64,000 nucleotides of DNA from Patescibacteria group bacterium (GCA_040384705.1 JAZKIU010000001.1:478053-542052); one strand, 5' to 3'; shown: positions 36,573-46,078, counted from the first letter of the stretch. Notes: a model not told the origin generated them from the sequence alone. A program made the numbers and translations.

Positions 36573-37043
36573 ATGAATCAGAAAGTAGCTATCGGGATAG
36601 TCGTCGTGCTCGCGCTGCTTGCGGGCGGGTACCTGTGGTACACGAACCAATCCGGCGCATTCATGAGTGCGGATGATACAGGCTACATGGCCTCGACTAC
36701 CGACGGGACGCAGCGTACCGCGACCCCTGCCGAGATCCAGAACGGGGTCGAAGGCAACTGGAGGAGCGCTGACGATGCGCGCTTCACCCGCACGTTCAAT
36801 GCGGACGGTACCATTACCGATCGGTATGAAGGCATGGAAGATGCAACGGTGAGCGGGCACTGGGAGCTTAACTCCGATCATATGCCGGGCCAGGTGCGCG
36901 AGCTCGCGAACGGCATGCCCGTCCTGAGCATCGAATTCCCCGAAGAAGCGCTTTTCTTCGTCGTCACTAAGCTGGGCGCGACTGAGTTGGAAATGTCGTA
37001 TGTAGGTGGTGCGGGTAAGACGCTTCGTTTCGAGCGTATCTAA
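36573..37043 (+). CDS. Membrane-anchored or secreted hypothetical protein (156 aa)
   Basis: Internal start MNQKVAIGIVVVLALLAGGYLWY (transmembrane/signal) within ORF 35889..37043. Confidence 0.5.
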   Translation: MNQKVAIGIVVVLALLAGGYLWYTNQSGAFMSADDTGYMASTTDGTQRTATPAEIQNGVEGNWRSADDARFTRTFNADGTITDRYEGMEDATVSGHWELNSDHMPGQVRELANGMPVLSIEFPEEALFFVVTKLGATELEMSYVGGAGKTLRFERI

Positions 37044-37180
37044 CCCCACTGCTGCACGAAAGAGCCGGGAATCCGGCCCCTTTCTTTGCGCACCCTTGAC
37101 ACTTGACAATTTCTGTCCTAGAGGGATACTCACTCCAGACGAGACCGTAGTGGTTCTCGCATATACCCGAGGAGGGTTCC

Positions 37181-37675
37181 ATGCGCTTCCTGTATGCACT
37201 TTTCATCCCCGCCCTCCTCTGCGCCACCAATGTTGACGCCGAGGAGCAGAAGGATCCGTCGTTCTACGCCACGCCGAGCGTCTCGGGCGAGCCGTGGAAA
37301 CCGCTCGACTTCTCGAGCGCTTCCCAAGCGCCCGTGACCAGCCCGCTCTACGTGCCGCCGCTCGCGATAAACGACGCGAAGGCGACCGGGCCGGTCAGCG
37401 TCCGCATCATGCCGTATCGGCATCTGCAGGACCGCCTGTACGAGGCGCGCGACTCGTACGACGAGGGCCAGGAAATCTTCATCGAGTACCGGCCCTACCC
37501 GCAATCCGCCTTCGCCCGCATCGGCCTTAAGCTGTGGGACGATGTGTGGGACGGGAAACGGATCCGGGAAGAAGTTCGGGGCGGCGCTCGCTCACCGCTG
37601 CTCCGGACGCCGGACGAGAAGTCCGGGAAGCTGGAGTTCGTCTTCCCGCTCTGCTACGGCCGCGTGAAATGCTGA
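37181..37675 (+). CDS. Secreted hypothetical protein (signal peptide; high GC3)
   Basis: MRFLYALFIPALLCATNVDA signal peptide. A terminator follows at about 37696-37724. Confidence 0.5.
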   Translation: MRFLYALFIPALLCATNVDAEEQKDPSFYATPSVSGEPWKPLDFSSASQAPVTSPLYVPPLAINDAKATGPVSVRIMPYRHLQDRLYEARDSYDEGQEIFIEYRPYPQSAFARIGLKLWDDVWDGKRIREEVRGGARSPLLRTPDEKSGKLEFVFPLCYGRVKC

Positions 37676-37695
37676 ACGCTCAGGCGTTCAGATAT

Positions 37696-37725
37696 ATAGA
37701 AGGCCCGCCCTCACCGGCGGGCCTT
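37696..37725. terminator. Rho-independent terminator (bidirectional)
   Basis: GGCCCGCC-CTCACC-GGCGGGCC followed by TTTTTC. Confidence 0.7.
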
Positions 37726-37738
37726 TTTCAATACCTCT

Positions 37739-38752
37739 CTATCGCTTGCTGATGATGCTCTTCTTATATGTATCCAAATGCTTGAGCGCGACCCCGGTGC
37801 CGCGCGCGACGCAGAAGTACGCTTCGTCGGCGAGCTTCGCTTGCACTCCCGTGCGACGGAACACGAGCTCGGGGAGGTGACGGAGCTGGCTGGTCCCGCC
37901 GGTGAGTATGATGCCGTTGTCGATGATGTCGCTCGCAAGCTCGGGCGGCGTCTCCTGCAGGACCTTGCGGATGGCGTTCATCATCTCGCGCAGTTCCCTA
38001 TTCATCGCTTGCACTATCTCGTTAGTGCGTAGCTCTATCGTGCGCGGAAGGCCTGACACGAGGTCGCGGCCCTTCACCTGCATGGAGAGCTCCTCGGAGA
38101 CCGGGACTGCGGACCCTATATGTATCTTTATCTCCTCCGCCGTCTTATCCCCTATCGCAAGGTTGTACTGCTTCTTCACATAGTCGATGGTGGCGCGGTC
38201 GAGCTTGTTGCCCGCGACCTTCACCGAGGTCGAGGCGACGATGCCGCCGAGCGATATCACCGCCACATCGATGGTGCCGCCGCCGATGTCAGCCACCATA
38301 CGCCCGAGCGCTTCCTGGATGGGGATGCCCGCGCCAATAGCGGCGAGGATGGGTTCCTTCACGACGAACGCATCCTGCGCGCCGGCCTTTACCGCAGCCT
38401 CGATGACGGCGCGCTTCTCGGTGGAAGTGACGCCTGCAGGAACTGACACGAGCACGATGGGCTTGAGGATGTTCCAGTGTCCGAGCGCCTTGCGTATGAA
38501 ATAGCGGAGCATGGCTTCGGTGACGCGGTAGTCGGCAATGACGCCGTCCTTCATAGGGCGATACGCCGTGATGGAGTCCGGGGTGCGCCCTATCATCGCC
38601 TTGGCTTCGGCACCAATCGCAAGCACCTTGTTGGTTTCGGTCGAGACAGCCACCACCGATGGCTCGTTCAGCACCACCCCCTTCCCGGGCACGAACACGA
38701 GCACGTTGGTCGTACCGAGGTCGATGCCGAGACGGGGTGAGAAGGAAGCCAT
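37739..38752 (-). CDS. Second MreB-family actin homolog (Mbl-like paralog)
   Basis: LGIDLGTTNVLVFV, DIGGGT; 337 aa. Confidence 0.88.
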   Translation of the reverse strand: MASFSPRLGIDLGTTNVLVFVPGKGVVLNEPSVVAVSTETNKVLAIGAEAKAMIGRTPDSITAYRPMKDGVIADYRVTEAMLRYFIRKALGHWNILKPIVLVSVPAGVTSTEKRAVIEAAVKAGAQDAFVVKEPILAAIGAGIPIQEALGRMVADIGGGTIDVAVISLGGIVASTSVKVAGNKLDRATIDYVKKQYNLAIGDKTAEEIKIHIGSAVPVSEELSMQVKGRDLVSGLPRTIELRTNEIVQAMNRELREMMNAIRKVLQETPPELASDIIDNGIILTGGTSQLRHLPELVFRRTGVQAKLADEAYFCVARGTGVALKHLDTYKKSIISKR

Positions 38753-38829
38753 AAAGCTTGGGTATCATACCGCGCAGGGCCGGAACCCACCAAACCTTCC
38801 GTATATAGGTCTGATACAATACCCGGAAC

Positions 38830-40140
38830 ATGGCAGCTACCGAGGGCACTAATTTCATCGTCGAGGGCGGCATTCCCCTTTCAGGCTCCATCGAGACCAA
38901 CCGCTCGAAGAATGGTGCGGTCGCGCTCCTAGCCGCGTCGCTCTTGAACAAGGGCACGACGACACTTAGGAATGTGCCGAAGATAGAAGAAGTGAACCGG
39001 CTCGTGGAGGTGCTCGTCTCGCTCGGCGTGTCCTGCGTGTGGGAGGGCCGCTCGCTCATCATCATGCCGCCCGAGGTCATATCGCTCTCCACCATCGACA
39101 AGGTGGCGGCCGCGAGAACGCGCAGCATTCTCATGTTCATCGGTCCCCTGCTCCATCACTTCCCTTCGTTCGACTTGCCGCAGTCCGGCGGCTGCACGCT
39201 CGGCCTCCGGTCGGTGCGTCCGCACCTCTGGGCGCTTGAACGATTCGGTGTATCTATAGAAGCGCTCTCGGATAGGTTCCAGATAACGCATGATGGGCTC
39301 TCGCCTACCGAGGTCATCCTGTACGAATCGAGCGACACCGCGACCATCAATTCCCTACTTGCGGCCGCTCGCATAGAGGGCACGTCCGTCATCAAGTACG
39401 CATCCGCTAACTACCAGGTGCAGGAGGTCTGCGGGTACCTGCGTGATCTTGGAGTGGGCATCGAAGGCATCAGCTCGACCACCCTCACCATCCACGGCAA
39501 GCCCGATATCGCGATGGACATCACCTATACCGTCGCCGAGGATCCGACGGACGCCATGTTCTTCCTGGCCGCAGCTGTCACGACCAATTCAGCGCTCACC
39601 ATACGCCGTGCCCCTATCGAGTTCCTCGAGGTCGAGCTCGCCGTGCTCGAGAAGATGGGGCTCACGTTCACGCTCACCGACCCCGCAGTGTCCGAGAACG
39701 GCATCACCAAGCTCGTGGATATCCATATAGAGCCGTCTCACCTCATCGCGTTCCCCGAGAAGATTCATGCGCGTCCGTACCCGGGCCTCAATATCGATAA
39801 CCTCCCGTTCTTCGCGGTCATCGCGACGAGAGCCGAAGGCACGACGCTCATACACGATTGGGTCTACGAGAAGCGCGCCATCTACTACACTGAGCTCGAC
39901 CGGCTCGGCGCCGACACCGTCCTCATGGACCCGCACCGTATCCAGATACATGGGCCGTCGCACTTGCGCGGGGCCGAGCTCGTGTGCCCTCCAGCACTCC
40001 GTCCTTCCACCATCCTTCTTATAGGCATGCTCGCCGCTGAAGGCCGTTCCATACTGCGCAACGTATACAGCATCAACCGCGGATACGAGGACCTCGTCGA
40101 GCGGCTCCAGTCCATCGGGGCCAAGATCGAGCGTTCTTGA
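38830..40140 (+). CDS. murA: UDP-N-acetylglucosamine 1-carboxyvinyltransferase MurA
   Basis: EPT-fold, KNGAVALLAASLL; 436 aa. Confidence 0.85.
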   Translation: MAATEGTNFIVEGGIPLSGSIETNRSKNGAVALLAASLLNKGTTTLRNVPKIEEVNRLVEVLVSLGVSCVWEGRSLIIMPPEVISLSTIDKVAAARTRSILMFIGPLLHHFPSFDLPQSGGCTLGLRSVRPHLWALERFGVSIEALSDRFQITHDGLSPTEVILYESSDTATINSLLAAARIEGTSVIKYASANYQVQEVCGYLRDLGVGIEGISSTTLTIHGKPDIAMDITYTVAEDPTDAMFFLAAAVTTNSALTIRRAPIEFLEVELAVLEKMGLTFTLTDPAVSENGITKLVDIHIEPSHLIAFPEKIHARPYPGLNIDNLPFFAVIATRAEGTTLIHDWVYEKRAIYYTELDRLGADTVLMDPHRIQIHGPSHLRGAELVCPPALRPSTILLIGMLAAEGRSILRNVYSINRGYEDLVERLQSIGAKIERS

Positions 40141-40159
40141 TTCCTGGTACCATAGGGTC

Positions 40160-40453
40160 ATGAGACCCATCGGCGATTTCCTCCAGAAACCGGACGAGGG
40201 CGAGAGGCCCAAGAAGTCTCGCGCGACCGAGCGGGGCGAGCTCCTGCGGTTCTTCCAGCGCCATTTGAACTACTCCCGGGCCAACGATGGTCTCCCCAAG
40301 CTCACCATGGCGCGCCTCGGCAAGGTGCTCGAAGGCATACCGACAGATGACCTCTACTACCTAAAGTCGGTGTGCAGCCGCGCGAAGAACTTCAGCAAGA
40401 AGTTCTGGTGGGAGGTAGACCCGAAGAAGCACGAGGAGAAGCAGCCGTTCTAG
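40160..40453 (+). CDS. Hypothetical protein (97 aa)
   Basis: Protein-like composition; no recognisable domain. Confidence 0.35.
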   Translation: MRPIGDFLQKPDEGERPKKSRATERGELLRFFQRHLNYSRANDGLPKLTMARLGKVLEGIPTDDLYYLKSVCSRAKNFSKKFWWEVDPKKHEEKQPF

Positions 40454-40791
40454 AGGGATTGACTATCCTTTGGGATAGGTTATGATTACCTTGTTCCGGA
40501 ATTAAACAGCCGGAGCAAGCGCGGGGCTGCGCGCGGACTCCTCTCAAAAGACGTTCGTGCTGCCGGCCTCGCGCCCCTGTTCTTCTTAGAATCGAAAAGC
40601 TCTTCGTGCACGGAATAATGACCTGAATAAAATAGGGTCCGTGCCGTGGAGAGCCTGGTACGTGGATGAGTAAATTCACGGACAGCATGTCCCGCTGGGT
40701 ATCGAGCGCACTTGGGATTGACCCCCAGTCCCAACGAGGAACCAGGTCCCTGGGTCCCTCCGCTGCTCTACCTGGCGGGCATGTACCCGCC

Positions 40792-40836
40792 CCGACGTCC
40801 CCCTCCCTGCGAGGCGGACGTTTTCTTTTTATCCCC
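40792..40836 (+). terminator. Strong intrinsic terminator-like hairpin about 20 nt upstream of the def start codon
   Basis: ACGTCCCCCTC-CCTGC-GAGGCGGACGT (11-bp stem, one mismatch) followed by TTTTCTTTTT. Confidence 0.65.
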
Positions 40837-40856
40837 ATACTTGCTACCGTATTTTC

Positions 40857-41390
40857 ATGAACCCCATCGTCCAGAACGGCGACCCGGTATTGCGCGCGAA
40901 AGCAGCGCCGGTGCCCGAAGATATGTTCGGCACTCCCGAACTCGAGCGGATGCTCGAGGACATGGCGCATGCGCTCGATGCGGAACAGGACGGCGTCGCG
41001 CTCGCCGCGCCCCAGATATCCATTCCGTACCGCATATTCATCGCGCGCCTCGATCGCACGGTGCCGCCGCCCGAAGACGGGTCAAAGCACACGCCTGAGC
41101 TCCTCGTATGCATAAATCCTGAGTTCATCCGGAGCTCGCAGCGTCGCATAGAGATGGATGAGGGGTGCCTTTCGGTGCGGAGCGTATACGGGAAGACCAA
41201 ACGACACGAGCGCGCCACCATACGGGCGCGCGGCAAGGACGGATCCACGTTCGAGCGTGGCGGGGGCGGCCTCATCGCGCAGATATACCAGCATGAGATA
41301 GACCATCTCAATGGCATCCTCTTCATCGACCATGCCACCGAGCTCGTGGAGGTGAAGCGGAGCGAGGACGCCGAGGGAGAAGCGCTATGA
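40857..41390 (+). CDS. def: Peptide deformylase
   Basis: GVALAAPQ, EGCLS and HEIDHL motifs. Confidence 0.92.
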   Translation: MNPIVQNGDPVLRAKAAPVPEDMFGTPELERMLEDMAHALDAEQDGVALAAPQISIPYRIFIARLDRTVPPPEDGSKHTPELLVCINPEFIRSSQRRIEMDEGCLSVRSVYGKTKRHERATIRARGKDGSTFERGGGGLIAQIYQHEIDHLNGILFIDHATELVEVKRSEDAEGEAL

Positions 41391-42229
41391 GCAGGTTCAT
41401 ATACTTCGGAACGCCGTACGTCGCGCGCGATACGCTCGCGACGCTCGTTGAACGCGGGTTCGTGCCCGAAGTCGTCGTATCGTCCCCGGACGCTGCCCGG
41501 GGCCGCGGGCTCATGCTCGCGCCGTCCGAAACAAAAGAATGGGCACTCGCGAACGGACTTCCCGTGCTCACCCCCGAGAAGCTCACGCCGGAAGTTATTG
41601 AGGAGCTCAAGGCGTACGGGTGCGACTACGCGATCGTGGTCGCATACGGGAAGATACTCCCTCAGGCGCTCATCGATGCATTCCCGCTCGGCATACTCAA
41701 CATCCACTACTCTCTTCTCCCGAAATACCGCGGGGCTTCCCCGGTAGAGGCCGCGCTCTTGAACGGAGAGACGGTGACGGGCGTTTCCATACAGCAGATG
41801 GTCTACAAGCTCGATGCCGGTGACGTGCTGGCGCAAAGAGAGGTGACGATAGAGCCCGAGGAGACCACGAGGGAGCTGCGCCCACGCTTGGTGGCTCTTG
41901 GAGCGGAACTACTCGCCGACACCCTTCCTGCGTTCGTTCAAGGAAGTCTCACCCCGATGCCGCAGGACGAGAGCGCCGCGACCTTCTCGAAGAAGATAGA
42001 GAAGAGCGAGGGCGAGCTCGATCTGGCGGGCGATGCGCGTATGAATTGGAACAAGTACCGTGCATACGCTGAATCACCTGGCACGTACTTCTTCATGGAG
42101 CGGAACGGGAAACGTCTCCGGGTGAGGATAGTCACCGCTACGCTCTCGGACGGGATATTCACGCCCGACCGTATCGTTCCTGAAGGCAAGAAGGAGATGG
42201 CGTACGTCGATTTCGTACGCGCGCACTAA
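41387..42229 (+). CDS. fmt: Methionyl-tRNA formyltransferase
   Basis: Overlaps def (ATGA). Formyltransferase N-terminus with the SLLP motif; 280 aa. Confidence 0.88.
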   Translation: MSRFIYFGTPYVARDTLATLVERGFVPEVVVSSPDAARGRGLMLAPSETKEWALANGLPVLTPEKLTPEVIEELKAYGCDYAIVVAYGKILPQALIDAFPLGILNIHYSLLPKYRGASPVEAALLNGETVTGVSIQQMVYKLDAGDVLAQREVTIEPEETTRELRPRLVALGAELLADTLPAFVQGSLTPMPQDESAATFSKKIEKSEGELDLAGDARMNWNKYRAYAESPGTYFFMERNGKRLRVRIVTATLSDGIFTPDRIVPEGKKEMAYVDFVRAH

Positions 42230-42509
42230 ATGGTGGAGGCCCGCGGGTGCGGGCCTCGTACGCCACTAGATGACGATTGGGTATATATCGCCGGTATCCT
42301 GGCGTTTCGCGAAGATAAGATCGCCGCGCTCCAAATCGCCCCTTCCATACGGGAGGAAGTAGATTGGATTCTCCTCCGGAAGGGATTTCTGTTGCGGCCG
42401 GCATACCTGCCATGTGTCGCCTGACAGCGAAGTGTTGGGTATATACATGGAATTCCCCATTACTATCCTGCGAGCAAGAGTACACCCACCCCCCTTCTAT
42501 GCAACTACG

Positions 42510-42875
42510 TCACGCATGGAATCCCCGCATGATTGATTTGAACATTCCGCCGCCCCTGCGTACCAAGCTTATCTCCTTCTTGCGCGCAGTATGCAGCTCG
42601 CTCGCGAGCTCCCTCACGGCGGTATCGAGCGCCGTCTCGATGGATTCGTCCACCGCCTTCGCGTAGAAGCGGCGGCCATCCGCATCGAAGTTGATATCGA
42701 CGTACCAGATCCTGCCGGCCTGATGCGCCTCGGTCTCCTTCCCCATGTCCACGTACGCGCGCACGTGCCCGTCGCTCTTCCCTAGATACTTCCTCAATCC
42801 CTCGATCTTCCGGCTCGCGAGCGCGCTTACCTCAGGAGCGAGCTCATAGTTAGTTCCTTTGAAGTGTATCTGCAT
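42510..42875 (-). CDS. hpf: Ribosome hibernation promoting factor (short HPF / RaiA type)
   Basis: Internal start MQIHFKGTNYELAPEVSALASRKIEGLRKY. Confidence 0.85.
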   Translation of the reverse strand: MQIHFKGTNYELAPEVSALASRKIEGLRKYLGKSDGHVRAYVDMGKETEAHQAGRIWYVDINFDADGRRFYAKAVDESIETALDTAVRELASELHTARKKEISLVRRGGGMFKSIMRGFHA

Positions 42876-43051
42876 ATGAATGCTATGGATTAACTCTAGT
42901 AAGTATACGGGAGCGCGAGCGGTGGCCTGCGTCGATACTATGCATACCTGATGCATGCCGTAGTTCCCGTGAAGATGCATCCACTCCGGATTGCTGATTT
43001 CCCATTTTCAGCTAGAATGCGGAAGTCCTCCTCGGAGGACATGTGCGTATA

Positions 43052-43126
43052 TTCCGCGGTAGCTCAGCGGTAGAGCAGTCGACTGTTAATCGATCGGTCG
43101 CAGGTTCGAATCCTGCCCGCGGAGCC
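43052..43126 (+). tRNA. tRNA-Asn (anticodon GTT), CCA encoded
   Basis: Acceptor TCCGCGG/CCGCGGA, anticodon loop CTGTTAA, T-arm GCAGG-TTCGAAT-CCTGC, then G and CCA. Confidence 0.8.
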
Positions 43127-43130
43127 AAAT

Positions 43131-43161
43131 GAAAACACCCCTTTCGGGGTGTTTTCATTTC
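43131..43161 (+). terminator. Rho-independent terminator after tRNA-Asn
   Basis: AAAACACCCC-TTTC-GGGGTGTTTT followed by CATTTCC. Confidence 0.7.
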
Positions 43162-43228
43162 CGAACGAAGCGACACGGGGAAGCCACTTATCTGCATAGC
43201 CCTGGTACCCAAATGGTATACTGCCGTC

Positions 43229-43459
43229 ATGAGCTTCTTGGATTTCTTCCGAAAGAAAGAGGGGAAGGAAAATGCCGCCGCAGACTCAAGCGCGAGCTTC
43301 GTTCCAATGACGGCCGCATCAGATTCTGACTCTCCCGATACCGCTGCCCCGCTGCCCGGCGTGAATGATGCAGGGAACGCTACAACTACAGATAGTAGCG
43401 GGAGCTTTTTCGGTGGTGACGGAGGTGGTGGCGGCGGAGGCGATGGCGGCGGGAGCTAG
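43229..43459 (+). CDS. Possible small Gly/Ser/Asp-rich protein (76 aa)
   Basis: A TATACT -10 box lies 6 nt before the ATG (near-leaderless). Low-complexity tail GGDGGGGGGGDGGGS. Confidence 0.25.
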   Translation: MSFLDFFRKKEGKENAAADSSASFVPMTAASDSDSPDTAAPLPGVNDAGNATTTDSSGSFFGGDGGGGGGGDGGGS

Positions 43460-43642
43460 GGCGCTTTCGATACTATTTACCGGATACAAAGGCTCTAACG
43501 CCTTCGGCTGGAAGAACACAGGAGCCCTCGCGGGCTCGTCTGCCTTTTAACCGCCCTTCTTTGACATGCCTGTTTTTAGGAGTATAAGAACCAGCAGACG
43601 GTGCCAGGTATTCCTACCTATTCTTCTGAAAAGGGGTTCACC

Positions 43643-44620
43643 ATGTACAAGAAGACCGTTGCGTTCCTGCTTTCTTTGATGGCAGTGACTTACCTCTATG
43701 CCGCTCCCGCGTTGGCGGAGGAAGCGCTCGACGTGCCCATCGCTACCGCGCCCCTGGAGAATGAGGTCGCGGAGGGCGATATCCAGCACGAAGAGCCCAT
43801 CCTCCTATCCTCCGCTCCGGGCTTCAGTGGGCCCTGGCTTCGAAAGCTCGATCCCCCGACCTGTTCCGGTACGGCCGCCCTCGGCGTCCAGGCCGGTTAC
43901 TTCTACCCCAACTATGGGATGGACGTCGCCAACAACAAGCCGACATCGCAGGGCGCGGTGACGGGCACCTGCGAGGACTTCACGGCGGAGGTGGGCGGCT
44001 CCAAGCTCCTTTCCTCCAAGGAAGGGAGCTATAGCGAGCGGCTCGCGAACGAGTGGTGGGTGCGCGCGACCTATCACCCGGAGTTCAAGACGCGTATCGG
44101 GAGGTTCCGCTTCGAAGCCACGGTCGTGTACCGCGGTCTCGACCACGGCCAAGGCCTGGGAGCGACCCGGGACGACTCCACTGAACTTGTCGGCGGAGTC
44201 GGGTATCTCATGACGTTCGGCTCCTTCGAGGTCATGCCCTGCATCCGCTCGGTCAAGTCCAATCCGGTCGGGTACAACAACTCGCTGTACTGGGCCGGCG
44301 AATGCCTCGGGATCAGGGGGCCGCTCCCCGGCGACGGCACGTTCCGCATGAATTTCAACTACATGCATAACGTGAACTCCGTTACGGCGGTCATCCACCG
44401 GAACGTGCTCTATGGCTCCATTGAGGGAAGCAAGCAGCTTCCCGGCCAGGCCTGGACCATCACGGCCGGCTTCTGGTTCTCGCAGTACGGGGAGCAGGAC
44501 AGCCGTTTCGGTATCCTCATCGATCGCGACGGCCGGATGAACCGCATCAAGACGGATGTCGGCCCCTCGAGCCAGAAGATGGTGATCAACCAATATGTGC
44601 GCATTTCGCGCACGTTCTAG
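43643..44620 (+). CDS. Secreted hypothetical protein (signal peptide; high GC3), 326 aa
   Basis: MYKKTVAFLLSLMAVTYLYAAPALA signal peptide. Upstream TTGACA-N17-TATAAG promoter and an SD. A terminator follows. Confidence 0.6.
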   Translation: MYKKTVAFLLSLMAVTYLYAAPALAEEALDVPIATAPLENEVAEGDIQHEEPILLSSAPGFSGPWLRKLDPPTCSGTAALGVQAGYFYPNYGMDVANNKPTSQGAVTGTCEDFTAEVGGSKLLSSKEGSYSERLANEWWVRATYHPEFKTRIGRFRFEATVVYRGLDHGQGLGATRDDSTELVGGVGYLMTFGSFEVMPCIRSVKSNPVGYNNSLYWAGECLGIRGPLPGDGTFRMNFNYMHNVNSVTAVIHRNVLYGSIEGSKQLPGQAWTITAGFWFSQYGEQDSRFGILIDRDGRMNRIKTDVGPSSQKMVINQYVRISRTF

Positions 44621-44639
44621 ATAAAGACGAATAGCACTG

Positions 44640-44669
44640 GCCGCCCCACCGGGCGGCCATTCTTTTCAT
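44640..44669 (+). terminator. Rho-independent terminator
   Basis: GGCCGCCCC-ACC-GGGCGGCC followed by ATTCTTTT. Confidence 0.7.
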
Positions 44670-44729
44670 GCATACCTCAGTTCCCCGCTGTATACTGCTG
44701 CCTATACAAGCCGCTTACCGCATATACCT

Positions 44730-45074
44730 ATGAACAAATTCCTCGTACTCTACCTCGCTCCTGTATCCGTCCTCGATGAATGGATGAATAAGGATCCGGA
44801 GGAACGGAAGGCCGAAGAAGACAGGATGAAGGATGAGTGGGATGCATGGATGGAGAAGCACGGGAGCATGGTCAAGGAGACCAATGGCGCCGGCAAGACG
44901 AAGCGGGCCACTCCGGACGGCGTTGCCGACGCACGGAACGACGTGATGATGTACTCGATAGTGGAAGCCGATGACCATGCAGCTGCGGCAGCTATCTTCG
45001 AGGACCATCCGCATCTCCAGATCCCGCAGGCCACGATAGATATCATGGCCGTGAACGACCTTTCGGGGATGTAG
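44730..45074 (+). CDS. Hypothetical protein (114 aa); possibly a small alpha+beta-barrel (YciI/Dabb-like)
   Basis: Good protein-like composition; family assignment is uncertain. Confidence 0.4.
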   Translation: MNKFLVLYLAPVSVLDEWMNKDPEERKAEEDRMKDEWDAWMEKHGSMVKETNGAGKTKRATPDGVADARNDVMMYSIVEADDHAAAAAIFEDHPHLQIPQATIDIMAVNDLSGM

Positions 45075-45135
45075 GGTTCGGGCTATTTATCCCATTACGT
45101 AGTATGGTGTATGCAACACTAATACATACGAACCC

Positions 45136-45240
45136 ATGGGAACGAACAGTCACGGCGTAAGCCCCAAGAAAATACGGAAGAGCCCGCCCAAGACCAAGAA
45201 GCGGTTGGCGATAAAGCTCGCGAAGAAGAACGCTCGTTAG
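45136..45240 (+). CDS. Possible 34-aa lysine-rich peptide (MGTNSHGVSPKKIRKSPPKTKKRLAIKLAKKNAR)
   Basis: Short ORF ending 3 nt before a 15-bp perfect-stem hairpin. Resembles very small basic ribosome-associated proteins (e.g. bS22) only in composition. Confidence 0.2.
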   Translation: MGTNSHGVSPKKIRKSPPKTKKRLAIKLAKKNAR

Positions 45241-45243
45241 CGA

Positions 45244-45277
45244 CATGATGAAGGCCCCGAAAGGGGCCTTCATCATG
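45244..45277. terminator. 15-bp perfect-stem hairpin CATGATGAAGGCCCC-GAAA-GGGGCCTTCATCATG
   Basis: Seen directly in the sequence. No U-tract follows. Confidence 0.5.
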
Positions 45278-45373
45278 TAATGGGGATAGTGGGGCTGACG
45301 GTAACGGAAGAAGGTACCATATTGATATACCAGCGAACGTTCGCGACTCTCCTTTTCCCCTGGTACCACCACG

Positions 45374-46078
45374 ATGGGATTCAACGAAACGATACTCCTC
45401 ATTCTCGGCATCATCAGCCCCGCGCTCGTGCTTGCCGCATGGAAGTTCGATAAGGAGCGGCTCCATAGCGTCATCCTCGTGTTCCTTATCCTCATCTCCA
45501 TCGCGGGAAGCAAGATAGTGGAGTTCTTCGGCTACGCCACGAACACCGGCAACATCTTCTATGCCTCCATCTTCCTCGCGACCTACTTCCTCATCGAGCG
45601 GTACGGCAAGCGGGAGGGCATCCGCTCCCTATGGATAGGAGTGGTCGGCATCGTCTTCTTCTCGATGCTCCTGCAGCTAGCCGCTGCGCTCATCAGCACC
45701 GAAGGTACCGCTTCGCTCAGCAATGCGCTGATGCTCGCGTTCGCACCGGCATCGAAGGTGGCGCTTGCGAGCCTGCTCGGATACGCCGCGAGCCAAAGCC
45801 TGAACGTGTATCTTTATATCCGTCTCAAGAACCGGTTCGGCCACAGGCTGTTGTGGCTCCGGGCGAATGCCTGCAATGTCCTGGCCCAGGTAGTCGATAG
45901 CGCCATCTTCTTCACCGTGGCCTTCTGGGCGGTCGTTCCTCCCGCTAATATCTGGGAAATCATGCTCGTCGGCTTCGTCATCAAGGTCCTGTATATGATG
46001 CTCGTTTCCCCGCTTCTCTACCTCAACCGTGTCGAGGAGGACGAGGGAAAGGAGTATGCGCAGCTGACGTTGCGGTAG
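45374..46078 (+). CDS. yhhQ: Queuosine-precursor transporter, YhhQ / DUF165 family
   Basis: Polytopic membrane protein with the family-typical N-terminus and conserved R/N positions; 234 aa. Confidence 0.75.
   Translation: MGFNETILLILGIISPALVLAAWKFDKERLHSVILVFLILISIAGSKIVEFFGYATNTGNIFYASIFLATYFLIERYGKREGIRSLWIGVVGIVFFSMLLQLAAALISTEGTASLSNALMLAFAPASKVALASLLGYAASQSLNVYLYIRLKNRFGHRLLWLRANACNVLAQVVDSAIFFTVAFWAVVPPANIWEIMLVGFVIKVLYMMLVSPLLYLNRVEEDEGKEYAQLTLR

Noticed and set aside
35853-37199. The 448-aa minus-strand ORF as a single gene.
   Set aside because: Only the C-terminal 233 aa (from MDKVYTSRMAHHAYLVTG) look like HolB. The upstream part overlaps a convincing + strand gene (36573..37043) and has no protein-like character.
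40454-40856. Identification of the noncoding segment as tmRNA, RNase P RNA or SRP RNA.
   Set aside because: It has no T-loop GGTTCGA with a complementary acceptor, no tag ORF ending in hydrophobic-AA, and no P4 (GGAAAGTCCGGGC or ACAGAACCCGGCTTA) motif. The CCAGGTC..GGTCC similarity to SRP helix 8 is partial and lacks the GNRA loop. It is left unclassified.
40666-40860. The 64-aa ORF overlapping the def start by ATGA.
   Set aside because: The translation is Ser/Pro/Gly/Arg low-complexity and is encoded partly by the terminator hairpin. It is not treated as a gene.
42230-42460. ORFs of 64 aa on both strands in the fmt-hpf gap.
   Set aside because: They are mutually exclusive, have no SD and weak composition. 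The gap more likely holds the fmt terminator (GGAGGCCCGC-GGGTG-CGGGCCTC).
43012-43230. The 72-aa minus-strand ORF covering tRNA-Asn.
   Set aside because: It overlaps a well-folded tRNA gene and its terminator, so it is an artefact.
45278-45373. A preQ1 riboswitch upstream of the yhhQ-type transporter.
   Set aside because: The A-rich tail (AAAAAACTA) and loop consensus of preQ1-I are absent. Only a short GCGAACGTTCGC palindrome is present.
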